The notes: generated by a model not told the origin, from the letters alone. A stretch of DNA of 64,000 nt from Spironucleus salmonicida (GCF_000497125.1 NC_090600.1:248001-312000), one strand, 5' to 3'; shown: positions 13,342 through 28,144, numbered from the stretch's first letter. Translations and numbers: made by a program.

Positions 13342-15378
13342 TCACTGTAATCTACAAATAATAACTGATATATTATCTTAACTTTCTAATTTATAAGATT
13401 CATCTCGTAATTTGATAGCACAAGCTTAACTTGTCGTGCATTACAATGCTAAAATTGAAGCGTCTATATCACAAATTACGTCCCAAACACCATCACATGC
13501 AATAATTATAGCAAAATCACGTTGGTTGAGCTAATAAGTGCTGACATAAGGTGCCGCAGTCAAGAAAGGTTTATATAAAAAATCTCCAAAAGATCTTGCA
13601 ACGGCCAGAAGTCCCTAAAGTCTTCCATCTTATACATAACCACCCATTTTTTCTATCCTGAGAACTTCATCTGGTAAATTTGGTTTATGGTCTTTGCTTA
13701 GACGAATAGACTATTCTAACACTTATTAAACATTATCAGACGGAATTTGACTGAACTCGGCGCATTCTTCTTTATTTTGCTGCTTTAGAGGGTCATCTGC
13801 GCGCCCTTTTTTGATTTTAAAATTCGCCCAGTCTATCTAGTTCTATCGTGCTACGAACGTATCTCGACATAGTACGACACGTGAATCTCCGCAATTAGCT
13901 TGGATCACAAATCCATTAAGGATTAGGACTACCGCAGCAGTACTCCCAGCTTGAAGTTTTCGCTCTTTCAGAACCTCGTCCAAAGCGACGAAAACTGTTT
14001 CCATAAAGGGCTACCAGAATTACTCTGAGAGCTGGCTAAGCTCATTTGTGATAAGAGCCTGTATACAGTTAAGAGCATCTGCTAAAATGAGAGGAAACTG
14101 TGCAGCAAGAGCTTCTGAGCAGTCGCGACCTCCATGTCCGTCAAATAGGCACAATAGGATCTCTTTCTATCCTCTGCTCTACTATTTCCCACGTCGCGTT
14201 CGGAATTGGTGAAAATTCATATTAGAGTAGACAACGTCTTCCATTTCCTGCCGTCGCCCCATCGTCTCTGCGCTGGCAATTTATACGTTTTTAGGAGCAT
14301 GACTCATTTTGCGAGGCTTGTTTTTCGATAAGCAAATGCAGAGCTAAGGCAAAAATTATTCTCTAAAAATACTTTTCCCTTCATATTTCGCATTCTCTAA
14401 GATTCTCATGACTTCAGAATCATGTACTTGAAGAGTTTTAATCTTCTGCTCAAAACTACTTGAATCTGCTATTTTCACACTATCTGCAAGCTATTAAAGT
14501 CCCCGTAAATTTAGTCTGTCCAAAACAGTATCAACTAGTTCATCAAATAACTCTTGCGTAATGACATTCCGCTTTAGAAACTTCTATATTTCTTATAATT
14601 ATCTATTTTAAATTGCACAGTTAATCAGGTTTATCTATAGGATTTAGTTCGAGTTTTACACTAGGCTAATCAAAAGCTGTGCAGATTCTCGGCCGATTCC
14701 TGCGTTCTCACTCAAGTCTACATAAGCGATCTGTGAATTAGAGTAGTTCTCTACAAGTGCACGGACTGTTGAGTCACGTGACTATGTTGCAGCAAGACCG
14801 ATGAAGCGTAGTTCTCTGTGAGCCTTCAAGTTTTCGAGGATCAAAATTGCTCCAGTATCAGTGAGGGGGTTCCTTGAAAAATCAACATATATTAATGAGT
14901 CGAAAGAAGAAATTGCCTTTGATATCTACTTAATGCGATCCGTGTTGAGTCCGCACTAAACAAGAGTCAGTGACTGAAGATATGATGCACCAACTGAGAG
15001 TAGCTTCGCTAAATCAGGGTTAAGAGGTTATGATTCTAGAGCTAGTGAAACCGCACGTTTTTTATATTAAATTGCCAATACTGATGCTATTAGAGCAGCG
15101 GAAGCAGAGTGGCGCAAAGCTATATGAGTGTCTATGTTAGTTAATTGTGCATATGACAATGCTTATGGGTAGTCAAAATTTCTTGACGTTGTAAGGAATA
15201 GAAACTTAGGCAGCTATTATGGAATAATTATTGTAAGATCATGCGCAGAATCTAGCATTTCTTAAGTTATATCTGGTTGTAATTATTTCATATAATTTTA
15301 TACTTCATATTCAAAAGATGCTGCTGACTCAGGTACCATGGCTGAATCCTGCAACGGATTTGATGCTCCACAACCCAT
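13342..15378 (-). CDS. Protein phosphatase 2C with N-terminal LRR (RNI-like) region and MGCGAS acylation motif (678 aa)
   Basis: PP2C motifs GRRQEMED, LFDGHGG, GSTAAV, ANCGDSR, LSKDHKP, LAVARSFGD, IACDGVWDV, DNISVI. LRRs LQSLTLVQCGL, YVDFSRNPLTDTGA, YVDLSENAGIG. Confidence 0.92.
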
Positions 15379-16349
15379 TTTTATTGTGAAATATAGATTA
15401 ATATATTATGATTATGGATAAGTAAGATTTTTTTGAAAATAGTTAAAAATATATATTTTTTAGTAGAGTATTTGCTTATTTTAAAATATGAAGATGATAA
15501 AGAAACGATGACATAATTAATAACATATACAATAAATTTATAAATTGACTTAACTATGGTATTAAACTTTAGAGGATACTCGTTATATTTTATATATTTA
15601 TATATTAATCTAAAAATGGTTTAATGAGTCCGTGTAAATTTTCTTATCATATCTAATAATAGCTCATTTTCATCGTATAATACTAAAACTTAATATACTT
15701 GTGCTTGAAATGTAAATAAGTAAATTTATTTTAAGCGAATTATATATAATATAATATAATATTAGTATTATTGATACTCATTAATTTAATTAGTATGCTC
15801 AAAATACAGTAATCTATGCATAATTTATTATTACTAAAATATCATGTAATTCTACATTTATTATTTTATATTAATGTATAACAGATATTTTATAAGCTAC
15901 TATATAATCATCTAAATCTAAATTTTTCTGTTACTTAATAAATTAGATAACTTTTTAAAATATTATGTTTATTATTTAAATTGCAAATTATTAACATATT
16001 AATTATAATAAGTGCACCAGCTGATTAATTTATTAACCTTATTATTATAATTTAGACAAACAAAATCAAACAATCATATAGATTAATCCAAATTATTTAT
16101 TTCATAAATTTTATATAAGTATCTGTTTTACAAATTGTATCATTAATTATGGTATGGATTTTATAAATTACAAATATAGTATACTTAAAATCTAAATTAG
16201 TAAAAAATAACTCAATTTAGAACAATAAAATTTACGATTCTATCACTATTGTTAAATATTATCTAGGAAATTACTATTACTAGATACAACAATTTTAATT
16301 TTAACATTAATTATTTTAGAATATTATAATATCAATTTAAGGAAAACAA

Positions 16350-18270
16350 GAATGATATAATTATTAAATATTGACCACTATATAATAAATACTAACGATT
16401 GATTAAATAAAAGGGAATTTTGCATAGTAAGAGCAAGAATATATTTTATTGGCAATAAAAGATTACAAATTTAGTAGTATAATCTGTATATTACTATAGT
16501 AAGGAATAAGGTACATTATTATAATTTGAAATATACATAAATATTTTATTAATGAAACTAAAAGATATTTTAATTATATATCCATTTAATTACTAAATCA
16601 CTAGTCCTTCAAAATTAGTTTTTATCATCACTTATAAATATTAATGAATAGGCAATTTACAACATTTTTTCTCACAAAAAAAACCTTTATATAAATATAA
16701 ACAATAATAAGTAAAATGTAATTACTATTATTTTATTTTCGAAAAATCTATGAATTGCTTCCTAGAAATAATATTAATAAAAGAATAACTGGAAAGCCTT
16801 TAACTTATTTTTTTTCATTTAGTGGTTTTGTAAAAATAGATACTAGTTGTCTATATACGCATAAAATTCTAAAAATGCCTGTTATATAAGCCTTTACAAG
16901 TTGAAAAGGCTATTGAATAGTGGTGGTTACTAAATAAATAAAAGAAAGTTTTTAACACCACCTAGGATATAATTAAATGAAGCTCATATTATAAACTGTT
17001 AAGTTCTGAAAACGTAAACTAGGATTTACCATATAACTATATAGTAAAATTAATATAGATCAATGCTTATTTTATAAAATTTATTTTAAGAAATTAACTT
17101 AACACTAAAACTTAATGATGCACAAATTTCTGAAAATATTTGCAATCTTATAGTGTCTTCATATAGAGTACTATTTTTAGAAAATAATCTTGTTTAAAAA
17201 TGCGTAGTTAAATATTTTGATGAGTATAATGATTCCATATTTGATTAGCATATTGAAAATGAGAAATATGAAAGTATTTTAGTTAATTATAAGATAATAC
17301 TAATTGTTTCCTCATACAGATATGCAGTGTAATGTAAATATTTCTTTTGCAAGAGAAAATAAGTCGGTTAAAAAATATCACTAAAAAATTACGTAAAAAT
17401 TTCTAATTGTCCAGAGTAGGAGTAATAGTAATTACAAATATTGTATAATTTATAAATTCTGGTAAAATTTTATTCACCTTAAACTTTAAATTATTATTCT
17501 GAAATAAATATTACATCAAATAAAGTAAACTAGCTATAGAGTTGATTAAGAATATAATGTAACACTAACCTTGAACTGGATGTGCATTATTTTAATATGA
17601 AAACGTGATGTTACTAGTTCCTGTACAAAACTAGATACGGTAACACTTCTAGATGCATTATTTGTGTGCATTAGAATTCTCTCTAAACATTATATAGTAT
17701 ATACGAATATCATTAATAAATATATTTATTTACAGGTTCTGAAATAGCTGATGATAGTGTTTTTAAATTCTAGCACTAATTTTTTTGGATACTATATTGA
17801 TTTAGAAAAAATATGACATTAAATGCATATGAAATATTAGAATATAAGTCATAATCTGACTCTGAATATCATTTACAGTAAATAAAAATTGTATTGAAAA
17901 CTTTAGGAAGTAAACTATTTATTAAAAGCAAATACTTGGGATCATGGATTAGTAATCCATAACATAAACCTGTTAGTGGTGTAAATATTAATTTAATAGT
18001 AATAAATTATGGACAAAACTAAAAAATAAATTTAAGTCATAGAAACAATTTCTTCTATCTAACTAAAGATTAGTAAAAATAGACATGGGGTTAATAGCGG
18101 ACACAGTTAGTTTAATTTGATTTAATAACTAACTTCACCTTTTGCTTATAGAATAATATATATTGTTTTTCAGTAAAGGATAAATACTTCTAAACATAGA
18201 ATAATTTGATTTTAGAATTTATTCTGGTGTTATCTTAGTTTTAAGCCATTTGCCTGAATTGAGTATGTTA
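16350..18270 (+). pseudogene. Fragmented plus-strand ORF remnants (possible decayed gene)
   Basis: Protein-like stretches (e.g. ~17063-17545, ~17813-18262) switch frame and are cut by TGA; no full-length ORF found. Confidence 0.3.
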
Positions 18271-18831
18271 GAATTTGTTTCTGAAAATCCAATATTTTCG
18301 AAAGAGTAAGATTGCGTATTTATTGAAAATCTTAATTAATATATTGCTCATCATAATAAGTAAAATTTTTTATTCCTATTTTCCTTTAAAATTATTTATA
18401 TATTATGACTGATAATTTACTTTAACAAATCAAATTCAAATATTGAGGATAATTCAATTAGTCTTAACTAAGATATATTGTATTTATTTTAATTATAAAC
18501 AAATAAAACCAAGTTAGTAGTAACTAAATTAAAAATCTTAAATATGTTTAAATTTAACTAATTTTATTTACTATAATTTATTATACTAATGATTTTCGTA
18601 CATGATGATGTTATTTATAAATATTATAAAATGGGTAAGTAAACAATGATATATTTAACATTAGTATGATAAAATAGGCACAGATTAATTTCTTGCATTA
18701 AATATTTTATTAGTATAAATGAAAAACTTAACATTATATATTTACAACCTTCTATATATCTATTTAAATGTAATATCCTTATATCTATCTTACTATAATT
18801 AAATTATTGTGGATAGCGAATACAATCAAAA

Positions 18832-19437
18832 TCATTCATCTATTTGGACGTTATATTTGTTAAACTCTTCGACACTCAAACGTAACTTAAGAAGTTAAAA
18901 TTTTTAGCAATATTCATCAATTTTAACCTATAAATCTTTGATTCGATCTTTATTCCTTAAGAATTCACTTTCCGCATATCTTCTACATGTGTTAATTATT
19001 TCAGGACATTCAAGCTCAGATACTTATTTTTCATTTTTTAGAATTGCTTTTTGAAGCTGAAACACTGCCTCTTCCAACTCATTTCTATTGTTTGTATCAA
19101 TTTCATCATCACAATCATAAGTTAAATCGTCAAGTTCCATTATTGCTGCTTCTTACCTGAGTTCAGATATAGCATCTTCTATTTCTGTCAAAAATTCATT
19201 CCTAAAAGTCTTTTCCTATAACATTTATTAGGTAAGGTCACTACGAATTTCATAGAATTTTTTATGTGCAGCTAAGTTTGATTATAGGATTTATTAAAGT
19301 GCTGATTTACAGTTTTCATATTTACTACTAATATCTTACTTTTCTACCTAAATATTATCTATATATTAGATGAGTTGGTTTATAATTTCTTCTGTTGGAA
19401 GTTTATCTATGTTAAGAGACTTAAGTAATGGTTGCAT
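18832..19437 (-). CDS. Hypothetical coiled-coil protein (201 aa)
   Basis: MQPLLKSLNIDKLPTEE...YNVQIDE; open in code 6. Confidence 0.65.
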
Positions 19438-20042
19438 AAATTATTTAAGATATTAAAATAATATGATATATAATTATTATTTATATCGTAAATCAACAAA
19501 TCGATATGTCCGTCTATAAAAATGTCAAGTAATTTAGGATTTACTAATCATGAATAATATTAAGTGGAGATCATGAAATATAACTTCGACTAATGATTTT
19601 ATATAATTAATTATGGTCTGATGGTAATTTAATTTTATATCTTCTTGTCATAATTAATCAACTAAGCTTGTTTAGTAAAATACTATGAACATAGTAAGAT
19701 TTATTTTGATATGATTCCTAGTATAATTTATATAGATATGATTTAATACTATCAAATTTAATAAATACATATCCGTTATATTAATATATAGTTATTTGAT
19801 AACAATTAGTGATCGTAATCAAAGAAAGAAGTAATAATCTTATCTCCAATCAAATTAATGGAACTATTGATGACAAAAATTTATGTTTAACGACTATATA
19901 TTTAAGTGTAGCAGTTAATAATACTTATATCTAAAAACTGAATATTATTTAGTAAAAAATTGTCTACAATTTATATCGAGTAAATAGATGTTAATAAGAA
20001 GTTAGTTAATTAATATATAACCAATATACTAAAATTACTAAA

Positions 20043-23000
20043 ATGGAGACATATTATGGCCAACTATTATAATGGGGGCTTAACTTCACAAGAGATTAAA
20101 AATTGGATTCTGGATGTATTCATTAAATATTAGAAGCATCATTCATGATAAAATTTGATCTTAAAGATAATATAAAAGACATGTTTTTGTAAATACCAGA
20201 TATTGATGATATGAATTATGCGCTGGAATGCTAATAAGGTATTATTAATAATAAAAAGGAAGCTATAGAAGATTTTATGGATATGGTTATTAATATCCAT
20301 GATGATAAGGAGGAATTTTTAAAGTCGAAATAGATTAAATTTATCGAGCGACTTTAATAATAAATTATTGATTCACAATAAAAAAATTAATAACTATAAA
20401 AATAAATTGCTAAACTAATTGCTGCTCAAGAAAAATAAGAGAAAAATATTGATCTACTTACACTGAGCTGTTAGCAATATATACCATCAGATGTATTATA
20501 AAAGTGTCTTATTGACATTTCTAATATTTTTTAGAATTGCTAATTAGATTTTTCTTTATATTGTGTCAATTTGTTCTAAAAATTTTAAGTAACATTATAT
20601 TAGTAATAAGAAGCTTGGCAACAAGACAATGATATGTTATAATCATAAAACTAGCAGCTAAAGTAATCATTAGATAATATTATTAGTACTAAATGTGACT
20701 TAAACTTTTTAGAACTATCATAAAATTAAGATTAATAAAGTTCTATTAGTAATGAAATTAAATTATTTAAGAAATAGCTCGCAGAAGCCACGAAGCAGAT
20801 CGAGGAAGCGAAGGTAACTGACGCCGAAGTCCGGAATATCCTGGCCAGAAATGTTCCCGAGGCTATCCTCAATGAAGAGGTCAGATCCGTGATGGCGCAA
20901 AGGCTAGCCGATCATATTCACCAGCTGTAGTCTGAGCTGGACCAGTATAAGAATATAGGCGAGATTCCTGATGTATATTAAACTTACGAAGACTGTAAGA
21001 CGGCGTCAACAGAGCGAGACCTACTGACAGAGCAGGTAGCTGCGCTCCAGCTAGCATGTGGGTTCAACCACGCCGATGCCGATTTCTTAACAAAACACAC
21101 TGAGCAAGTCATAACCATTAATCATCTGGTAGAACTTGGAGATGCTGCTGATGAGATCGTGCGATTGAAGAACTAGGAGTAGAGACTAGCTGAGGTTACC
21201 CAGCAGACGTCCGAAATGGGAATCATGATTACTGAGCTGGAGGGGCTACTTTCGATCTAAGAAAAGACTAGCGCTGAAAGCGGCATCCTTGAGCGCACCC
21301 GCCATTCAGTGGACGAGGTAGGCGCCAGGATCCAAGAACTAGCACTTCTAAAAGAAATTGGTTCTTACGAAGATATCACAAGTAAGATTTCCCAATACCA
21401 ACAGGACCTCGAAGATATTTAAGCTAAATATTTAGAAGCGACGAGAGCACTTCTCGAAATAATCACGGTGACTGAATAGGTCAATGATTTAGATGACGAA
21501 ATCGTGGTTACTATGACGGCACTAGACGGAGTAAATAAATAGCGCGATTAGCTCGCAGAAGCCACGAAGCAGATCGAGGAAGCGAAGGTAACTGACGCCG
21601 AAGTCCGGAATATCCTGGCCAGAAATGTTCCCGAGGCTATCCTCAATGAAGAGGTCAGATCCGTGATGGCGCAAAGGCTAGCCGATCATATTCACCAGCT
21701 GTAGTCTGAGCTGGACCAGTATAAGAATATAGGCGAGATTCCTGATGTATATTAAACTTACGAAGACTGTAAGACGGCGTCAACAGAGCGAGACCTACTG
21801 ACAGAGCAGGTAGCTGCGCTCCAGCTAGCATGTGGGTTCAACCACGCCGATGCCGATTTCTTAACAAAACACACTGAGCAAGTCATAACCATTAATCATC
21901 TGGTAGAACTTGGAGATGCTGCTGATGAGATCGTGCGATTGAAGAACTAGGAGTAGAGACTAGCTGAGGTTACCCAGCAGACGTCCGAAATGGGAATCAT
22001 GATTACTGAGCTGGAGGGGCTACTTTCGATCTAAGAAAAGACTAGCGCTGAAAGCGGCATCCTTGAGCGCACCCGCCATTCAGTGGACGAGGTAGGCGCC
22101 AGGATCCAAGAACTAGCACTTCTAAAAGAAATTGGTTCTTACGAAGATATCACAAGTAAGATTTCCCAATACCAACAGGACCTCGAAGATATTTAAGCTA
22201 AATATTTAGAAGCGACGAGAGCACTTCTCGAAATAATCACGGTGACTGAATAGGTCAATGATTTAGATGACGAAATCGTGGTTACTATGACGGCACTAGA
22301 CGGAGTAAATAAATAGCGCGATTAGCTCGCAGAAGCCACGAAGCAGATCGAGGAAGCGAAGGTAACTGACGCCGAAGTCCGGAATATCCTGGCCAGAAAT
22401 GTTCCCGAGGCTATCCTCAATGAAGAGGTCAGATCCGTGATGGCGCAAAGGCTAGCCGATCATATTCACCAGCTGTAGTCTGAGCTGGACCAGTATAAGA
22501 ATATAGGCGAGATTCCTGATGTATATTAAACTTACGAAGACTGTAAGACGGCGTCAACAGAGCGAGACCTACTGACAGAGCAGGTAGCTGCGCTCCAGCT
22601 AGCATGTGGGTTCAACCACGCCGATGCCGATTTCTTAACAAAACACACTGAGCAAGTCATAACCATTAATCATCTGGTAGAACTTGGAGATGCTGCTGAT
22701 GAGATCGTGCGATTGAAGAACTAGGAGTAGAGACTAGCTGAGGTTACCCAGCAGACGTCCGAAATGGGAATCATGATTACTGAGCTGGAGGGGCTACTTT
22801 CGATCTAAGAAAAGACTAGCGCTGAAAGCGGCATCCTTGAGCGCACCCGCCATTCAGTGGACGAGGTAGGCGCCAGGATCCAAGAACTAGCACTTCTAAA
22901 AGAAATTGGTTCTTACGAAGATATCACAAGTAAGATTTCCCAATACCAACAGGACCTCGAAGATATTTAAGCTAAATATTTAGAAGCGACGAGAGCACTT

Positions 23001-24764
23001 CTCGAAATAATCACGGTGACTGAATAGGTCAATGATTTAGATGACGAAATCGTGGTTACTATGACGGCACTAGACGGAGTAAATAAATAGCGCGATTAGC
23101 TCGCAGAAGCCACGAAGCAGATCGAGGAAGCGAAGGTAACTGACGCCGAAGTCCGGAATATCCTGGCCAGAAATGTTCCCGAGGCTATCCTCAATGAAGA
23201 GGTCAGATCCGTGATGGCGCAAAGGCTAGCCGATCATATTCACCAGCTGTAGTCTGAGCTGGACCAGTATAAGAATATAGGCGAGATTCCTGATGTATAT
23301 TAAACTTACGAAGACTGTAAGACGGCGTCAACAGAGCGAGACCTACTGACAGAGCAGGTAGCTGCGCTCCAGCTAGCATGTGGGTTCAACCACGCCGATG
23401 CCGATTTCTTAACAAAACACACTGAGCAAGTCATAACCATTAATCATCTGGTAGAACTTGGAGATGCTGCTGATGAGATCGTGCGATTGAAGAACTAGGA
23501 GTAGAGACTAGCTGAGGTTACCCAGCAGACGTCCGAAATGGGAATCATGATTACTGAGCTGGAGGGGCTACTTTCGATCTAAGAAAAGACTAGCGCTGAA
23601 AGCGGCATCCTTGAGCGCACCCGCCATTCAGTGGACGAGGTAGGCGCCAGGATCCAAGAACTAGCACTTCTAAAAGAAATTGGTTCTTACGAAGATATCA
23701 CAAGTAAGATTTCCCAATACCAACAGGACCTCGAAGATATTTAAGCTAAATATTTAGAAGCGACGAGAGCACTTCTCGAAATAATCACGGTGACTGAATA
23801 GGTCAATGATTTAGATGACGAAATCGTGGTTACTATGACGGCACTAGACGGAGTAAATAAATAGCGCGATTAGCTCGCAGAAGCCACGAAGCAGATCGAG
23901 GAAGCGAAGGTAACTGACGCCGAAGTCCGGAATATCCTGGCCAGAAATGTTCCCGAGGCTATCCTCAATGAAGAGGTCAGATCCGTGATGGCGCAAAGGC
24001 TAGCCGATCATATTCACCAACTGTAGTCTGAGCTGGACCAGTATAAGAATATAGGCGAGATTCCTGATGTATATTAAACTTACGAAGACTGTAAGACGGC
24101 GTCAACAGAGCGAGACCTACTGACAGAGCAGGTAGCTGCGCTCCAGCTAGCATGTGGGTTCAACCACGCCGATGCCGATTTCTTAACAAAACACACTGAG
24201 CAAGTCATAACCATTAATCATCTGGTAGAACTTGGAGATGCTGCTGATGAGATCGTGCGATTGAAGAACTAGGAGTAGAGACTAGCTGAGGTTACCCAGC
24301 AGACGTCCGAAATGGGAATCATGATTACTGAGCTGGAGGGGCTACTTTCGATCTAAGAAAAGACTAGCGCTGAAAGCGGCATCCTTGAGCGCACCCGCCA
24401 TTCAGTGGACGAGGTAGGCGCCAGGATCCAAGAATCAAACAGAAACTATAATGAAACATAAAAATTAATTAATTAAAACAACCAGTTATAAAAACAGCTA
24501 GAAGATATGACTCATTAAGCTTAAAACAACAATGTAAAATTAGATAATATTATATTTTAACTATTTCCAGATAATGATGCTTTATTATCAAAAGAAGAGC
24601 AAATCTAAAAATTTATTTATCAAGTTTAATAACTAATAGAAGATAGGAAAGAATTAGAACTAAAGAAAGAAAATACTCGATAGAAACTTTTAGATATAGA
24701 TTAAAAGAGAGATAAGATATTAGAAGAAAAAATATAATAAATACTCAGAAGCAATTAACATTGA
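20043..24764 (+). CDS. Giant coiled-coil protein (~1573 aa) with ~4.7 copies of a 258-aa repeat
   Basis: METYYGQLLQW... stays in frame through the repeat QLAEATKQIEEAKV...GVNKQRD to TGA at 24762. Confidence 0.8.
20775..24434 (+). repeat. Tandem array of 774-bp units (starts 20775, 21549, 22323, 23097, 23871; last one partial)
   Basis: Units look identical by eye except a synonymous CAG>CAA at 24020. Much richer in GC than the flanks. Confidence 0.97.
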
Positions 24765-25106
24765 ACTAAAATAAATTATCTGATTATTTTTTTTATTTTT
24801 TAATTCTCCATGCCCGGTTTGAATTTTATAACTAATTAAATTATTATTTTTAACTAAATTACTTACCTTTAAATACTGAAGGTATTTAATATTATGAGAT
24901 ATTTTGTTATATTTAGATTATTTCTTAAGCTAATTCCTATATCCCTAATTCTTTCTCTTAATTAATCCAAATCTATTATCTCTCTTTTAATCTTTTATTC
25001 ATCAATATTTAATTGCTATTCAGATAATGAGTTAATAACACTTTATTAGTTAAATTTCGCATTTGTAGTACCAAATTAATTTAAGTATATTATTAATATA
25101 AAATAT

Positions 25107-25550
25107 TCATTAATCCCGAACAATTAGTAGTGCTTACTTAAATTACTTCTGAGATAAAAAGTCTTCTTCTTAATATTAAAGAAAGGACTAATTTATTATA
25201 TTTTAAGGGCATATAATCCGAAGAGCATTTATTATTCGTCTAAATTATATAATATTTATTTTATGCTACTAGTCTACATCGGCTGCTATATAATAAACAT
25301 CATCATCAGTATCAAATGGTGTATTTTAAAATATATAAAACAAATGCAAAAATTCCTTAATTTCTATAGTATTTGATTAGTCAAAGTCTAAAATAAAAAA
25401 GAGTCTATCCAATATATCTTCTTCTATTTTAAAAAATTAGTGTACTTTAGATACAAACAATTGTTAATTTATTGCTCCTTAGTTTTTAATATCTATACGC
25501 TCATAAAACGAAGTATAATAAACAATTTATTTATCTGTCAGCTATTTCAT
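25107..25550 (-). CDS. Calmodulin-sized EF-hand protein (147 aa)
   Basis: Loops DIKNQGAINQQL, DFDQSNTIEIKEF, DVDQQHKINIIQF with EF-hand spacing. Confidence 0.75.
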
Positions 25551-25609
25551 GTAACTAAATACAAATTTATATTATTATATATTAAAATATGTATCATTAA
25601 CAAATTTTA

Positions 25610-26209
25610 ATGTTAACAATCTCACCATCATCATTTTGTATAACCGATTAATAAACAGAATTTTCTTTATTTAATAATTAAAAGTCAATAGTCTATGCTT
25701 AGATAAAATCTTCAAATCAAACTGCCTATGAATATCCAAAATAAATTATGGAAATTCAGCCTCTTACTTCATACAAATTTATAATTTATGTAAAAATCTA
25801 AAGATAAACCAATGATAACGATAATGTGACTATTCAATATGATAATGATTCACAACTTAAATTTCCCAAATTATTGAAGATAAATATTACAACAGCATCA
25901 GTAACTCAATAATAAATTAAAAATATTTTTTACTAGATGGATTATGAGAGCTTATAAAAAGAATAAATATTGTTATAAAATTAACTCAGATCAATAAAGA
26001 AATAAATCTTTGAAATTGAAAGTTAAGGTACTTTTTTGTTTATTAGAAGAAAAGATTTAGAAAAATCAGTATCAAATATAGAAATTCACTTAGGAATTAA
26101 CCTTAAGGACTGGAAATAGCGAGTAAGAAAAGTTATTAAGTCATCTTAAAATGCTGCATTCGTAGCAACAGCGTATATTGTTGGGTTCATCCTAGCATTA
26201 AAATGGTGA
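25610..26209 (+). CDS. VAP/Scs2-like protein (MSP domain, coiled coil, C-terminal TM; 199 aa)
   Basis: MLTISP...FSLFNNQKSIVYAQIKSS...Y..P...EIQP resembles an MSP domain; tail anchor AAFVATAYIVGFILALKW. Confidence 0.65.
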
Positions 26210-26212
26210 TAT

Positions 26213-27181
26213 TCACTTTTTATATCCATATTTTATTGCTTTTATTTGCAATTTAAATTCATTTATTTTCTTTTTAATATCAGATATACTATTATTATTA
26301 AGAATACAATTTTTAAACATGATCTACTTTTAGAGGTAAAAATTATTGATAGTTAGTAAAATAATTTTAAATTCTCTCTTTTTGCTAAGAGTTACTTGCT
26401 CCTCATTCAAAAATGTATTTTTTTATACTTCAAGTATGTATTTATTATTAATATCTTTATCTTCATAAGTATGAAAAAGTTACTAAAGTTGTTACTTATT
26501 GATTTAGGTTTCTTTTGATATTTATTATAGATCTAATTTTAATTTTTTCAATTCTTACTAATATTATGTTTTTATCTCAAAGTTTTATTATGATATATTA
26601 ACAACAATGGATTCAGATGCTTTATCATTATTTTCAATACTCATTATTTATTGTCCTTGTTAAGTGGTAATATTAGTTGTTAATATTATGATATCGGCAT
26701 TTAATTATTCAATAAGTAGCTATTAAAAATTTTTAATCTCTAAAATTTTTAATATTTCTTTTTACTATTCTTAGTAAGCAGTCGTTTGCTACTTTAAATA
26801 CAAAATAAACTAATTTATAGCTTATAATATATCAAATTAACGCTCATATTAAATTTATAATTATGATACTTGTTCCTATTAGTCAGTAAATGCTTTTTTT
26901 ATTTATTAAACTTTAGATTACTCCTATAATTTTATCAGCTCACCTTATAAACTCTCAGTACAATTAGTATATTTCCCCACTTACTTATGTAACTCTATAA
27001 TTTGATATTATTCTTTTAATACTAGGAATTTATTTTTGTAAATTCTTATATTTTGATGTACTTTATCTATATTTTCGGTTATGCTTATCATTTAATCATT
27101 ATGACTAGCTAACAGTTCCATTTATTAATCACTAATAATAATCTTTGACTTGTAGACTCTATTTTTAGATCCACAGAACAT
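26213..27181 (-). CDS. Gln-rich coiled-coil protein (322 aa)
   Basis: MFCGSKNRVYK...; start and stop in frame, ends AAG-TGA. Confidence 0.65.
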
Positions 27182-27295
27182 TAATTACAAAATTATTTTA
27201 TAGTTTATTTATAATATTATATTATATTTTCCAAAACTACTTATATTAAGCAGATATTATATATAAAATAAGCAAAAATTTCCTTTCAGTTTAAA

Positions 27296-28144
27296 ATGGA
27301 AATTGAACTGAAAATCTATTTTGACGAATCATATTATTTTATTTCAAAAGCTCCTGCTAATAATACAGTTTAATCATATTTAAATTAATTATCGCGAGAG
27401 TTCTCACTGTTATTTAACGATCTTACGACTATTTTAGGGATCTAAAATATAAACTTCGTTGATATTCCACCGAATGCAGTAATCCATCAAAGTCTATCCC
27501 CAGGCGAACATGTACATGTCTTGCGCCAAATAGTAACAACGCTCCCCTAGAAGCTATCCGTATAAATTCTCAAGTTGCCTTCAATTGACCCAGAAACACT
27601 TCAGCTTTCGTAGTCTGCCAACCCAAGGCGTTGCGCTCCCTATTGCTCACCTCTAAGCAAGTTTGGAACATCAAATTGCTAGTGCACAATTTGTGGCGAG
27701 ATCAAGTCCTACGAACCCATTTTGGGACCCTATTGCACTAGATTTTGCTACTCGTCTGAATCTAGAAAAATGAAATCGTAAAATTGCGATTTTTGTAGCA
27801 TATGTCTAGGACGGTTAAGAAGTGGGAAGTATAATTTGAATTCAATTCATCAATGTTCAGTTTGCCATCGACCGTGGCTAATTTTGAACCGTCAGGGTGT
27901 CTGCAGAACGTGTCATGCGCTGATTCGGTAAGATTTTTACAATGACAGAATGAGCTTTAAACCAGACAGGCTATTGGTAGTTGGAGATGGTGCTATAGAT
28001 CCTGCAAGGGATGTTGCAATTCGGGAAAGTAGAGAAATAGGGAGAAGAATTTTGGAGAAGTACAGGGATGATGAAAGGATTATAGATAAGTTATAATATA
28101 GCAAAAGCAGTATAAATGAACATTTTCCGCCTAGAAAAGAGTGA
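27296..28144 (+). CDS. Hypothetical protein with CxxC-rich central region (282 aa)
   Basis: CTICG, CTRFC, CDFCSIC, CSVCH, CRTCH pairs. Confidence 0.7.

Noticed and set aside
20775-24434. 774-bp repeats as a transposon or LTR array
   Set aside because: No terminal repeats, target-site duplication or transposase/RT motifs; in frame within a host ORF.
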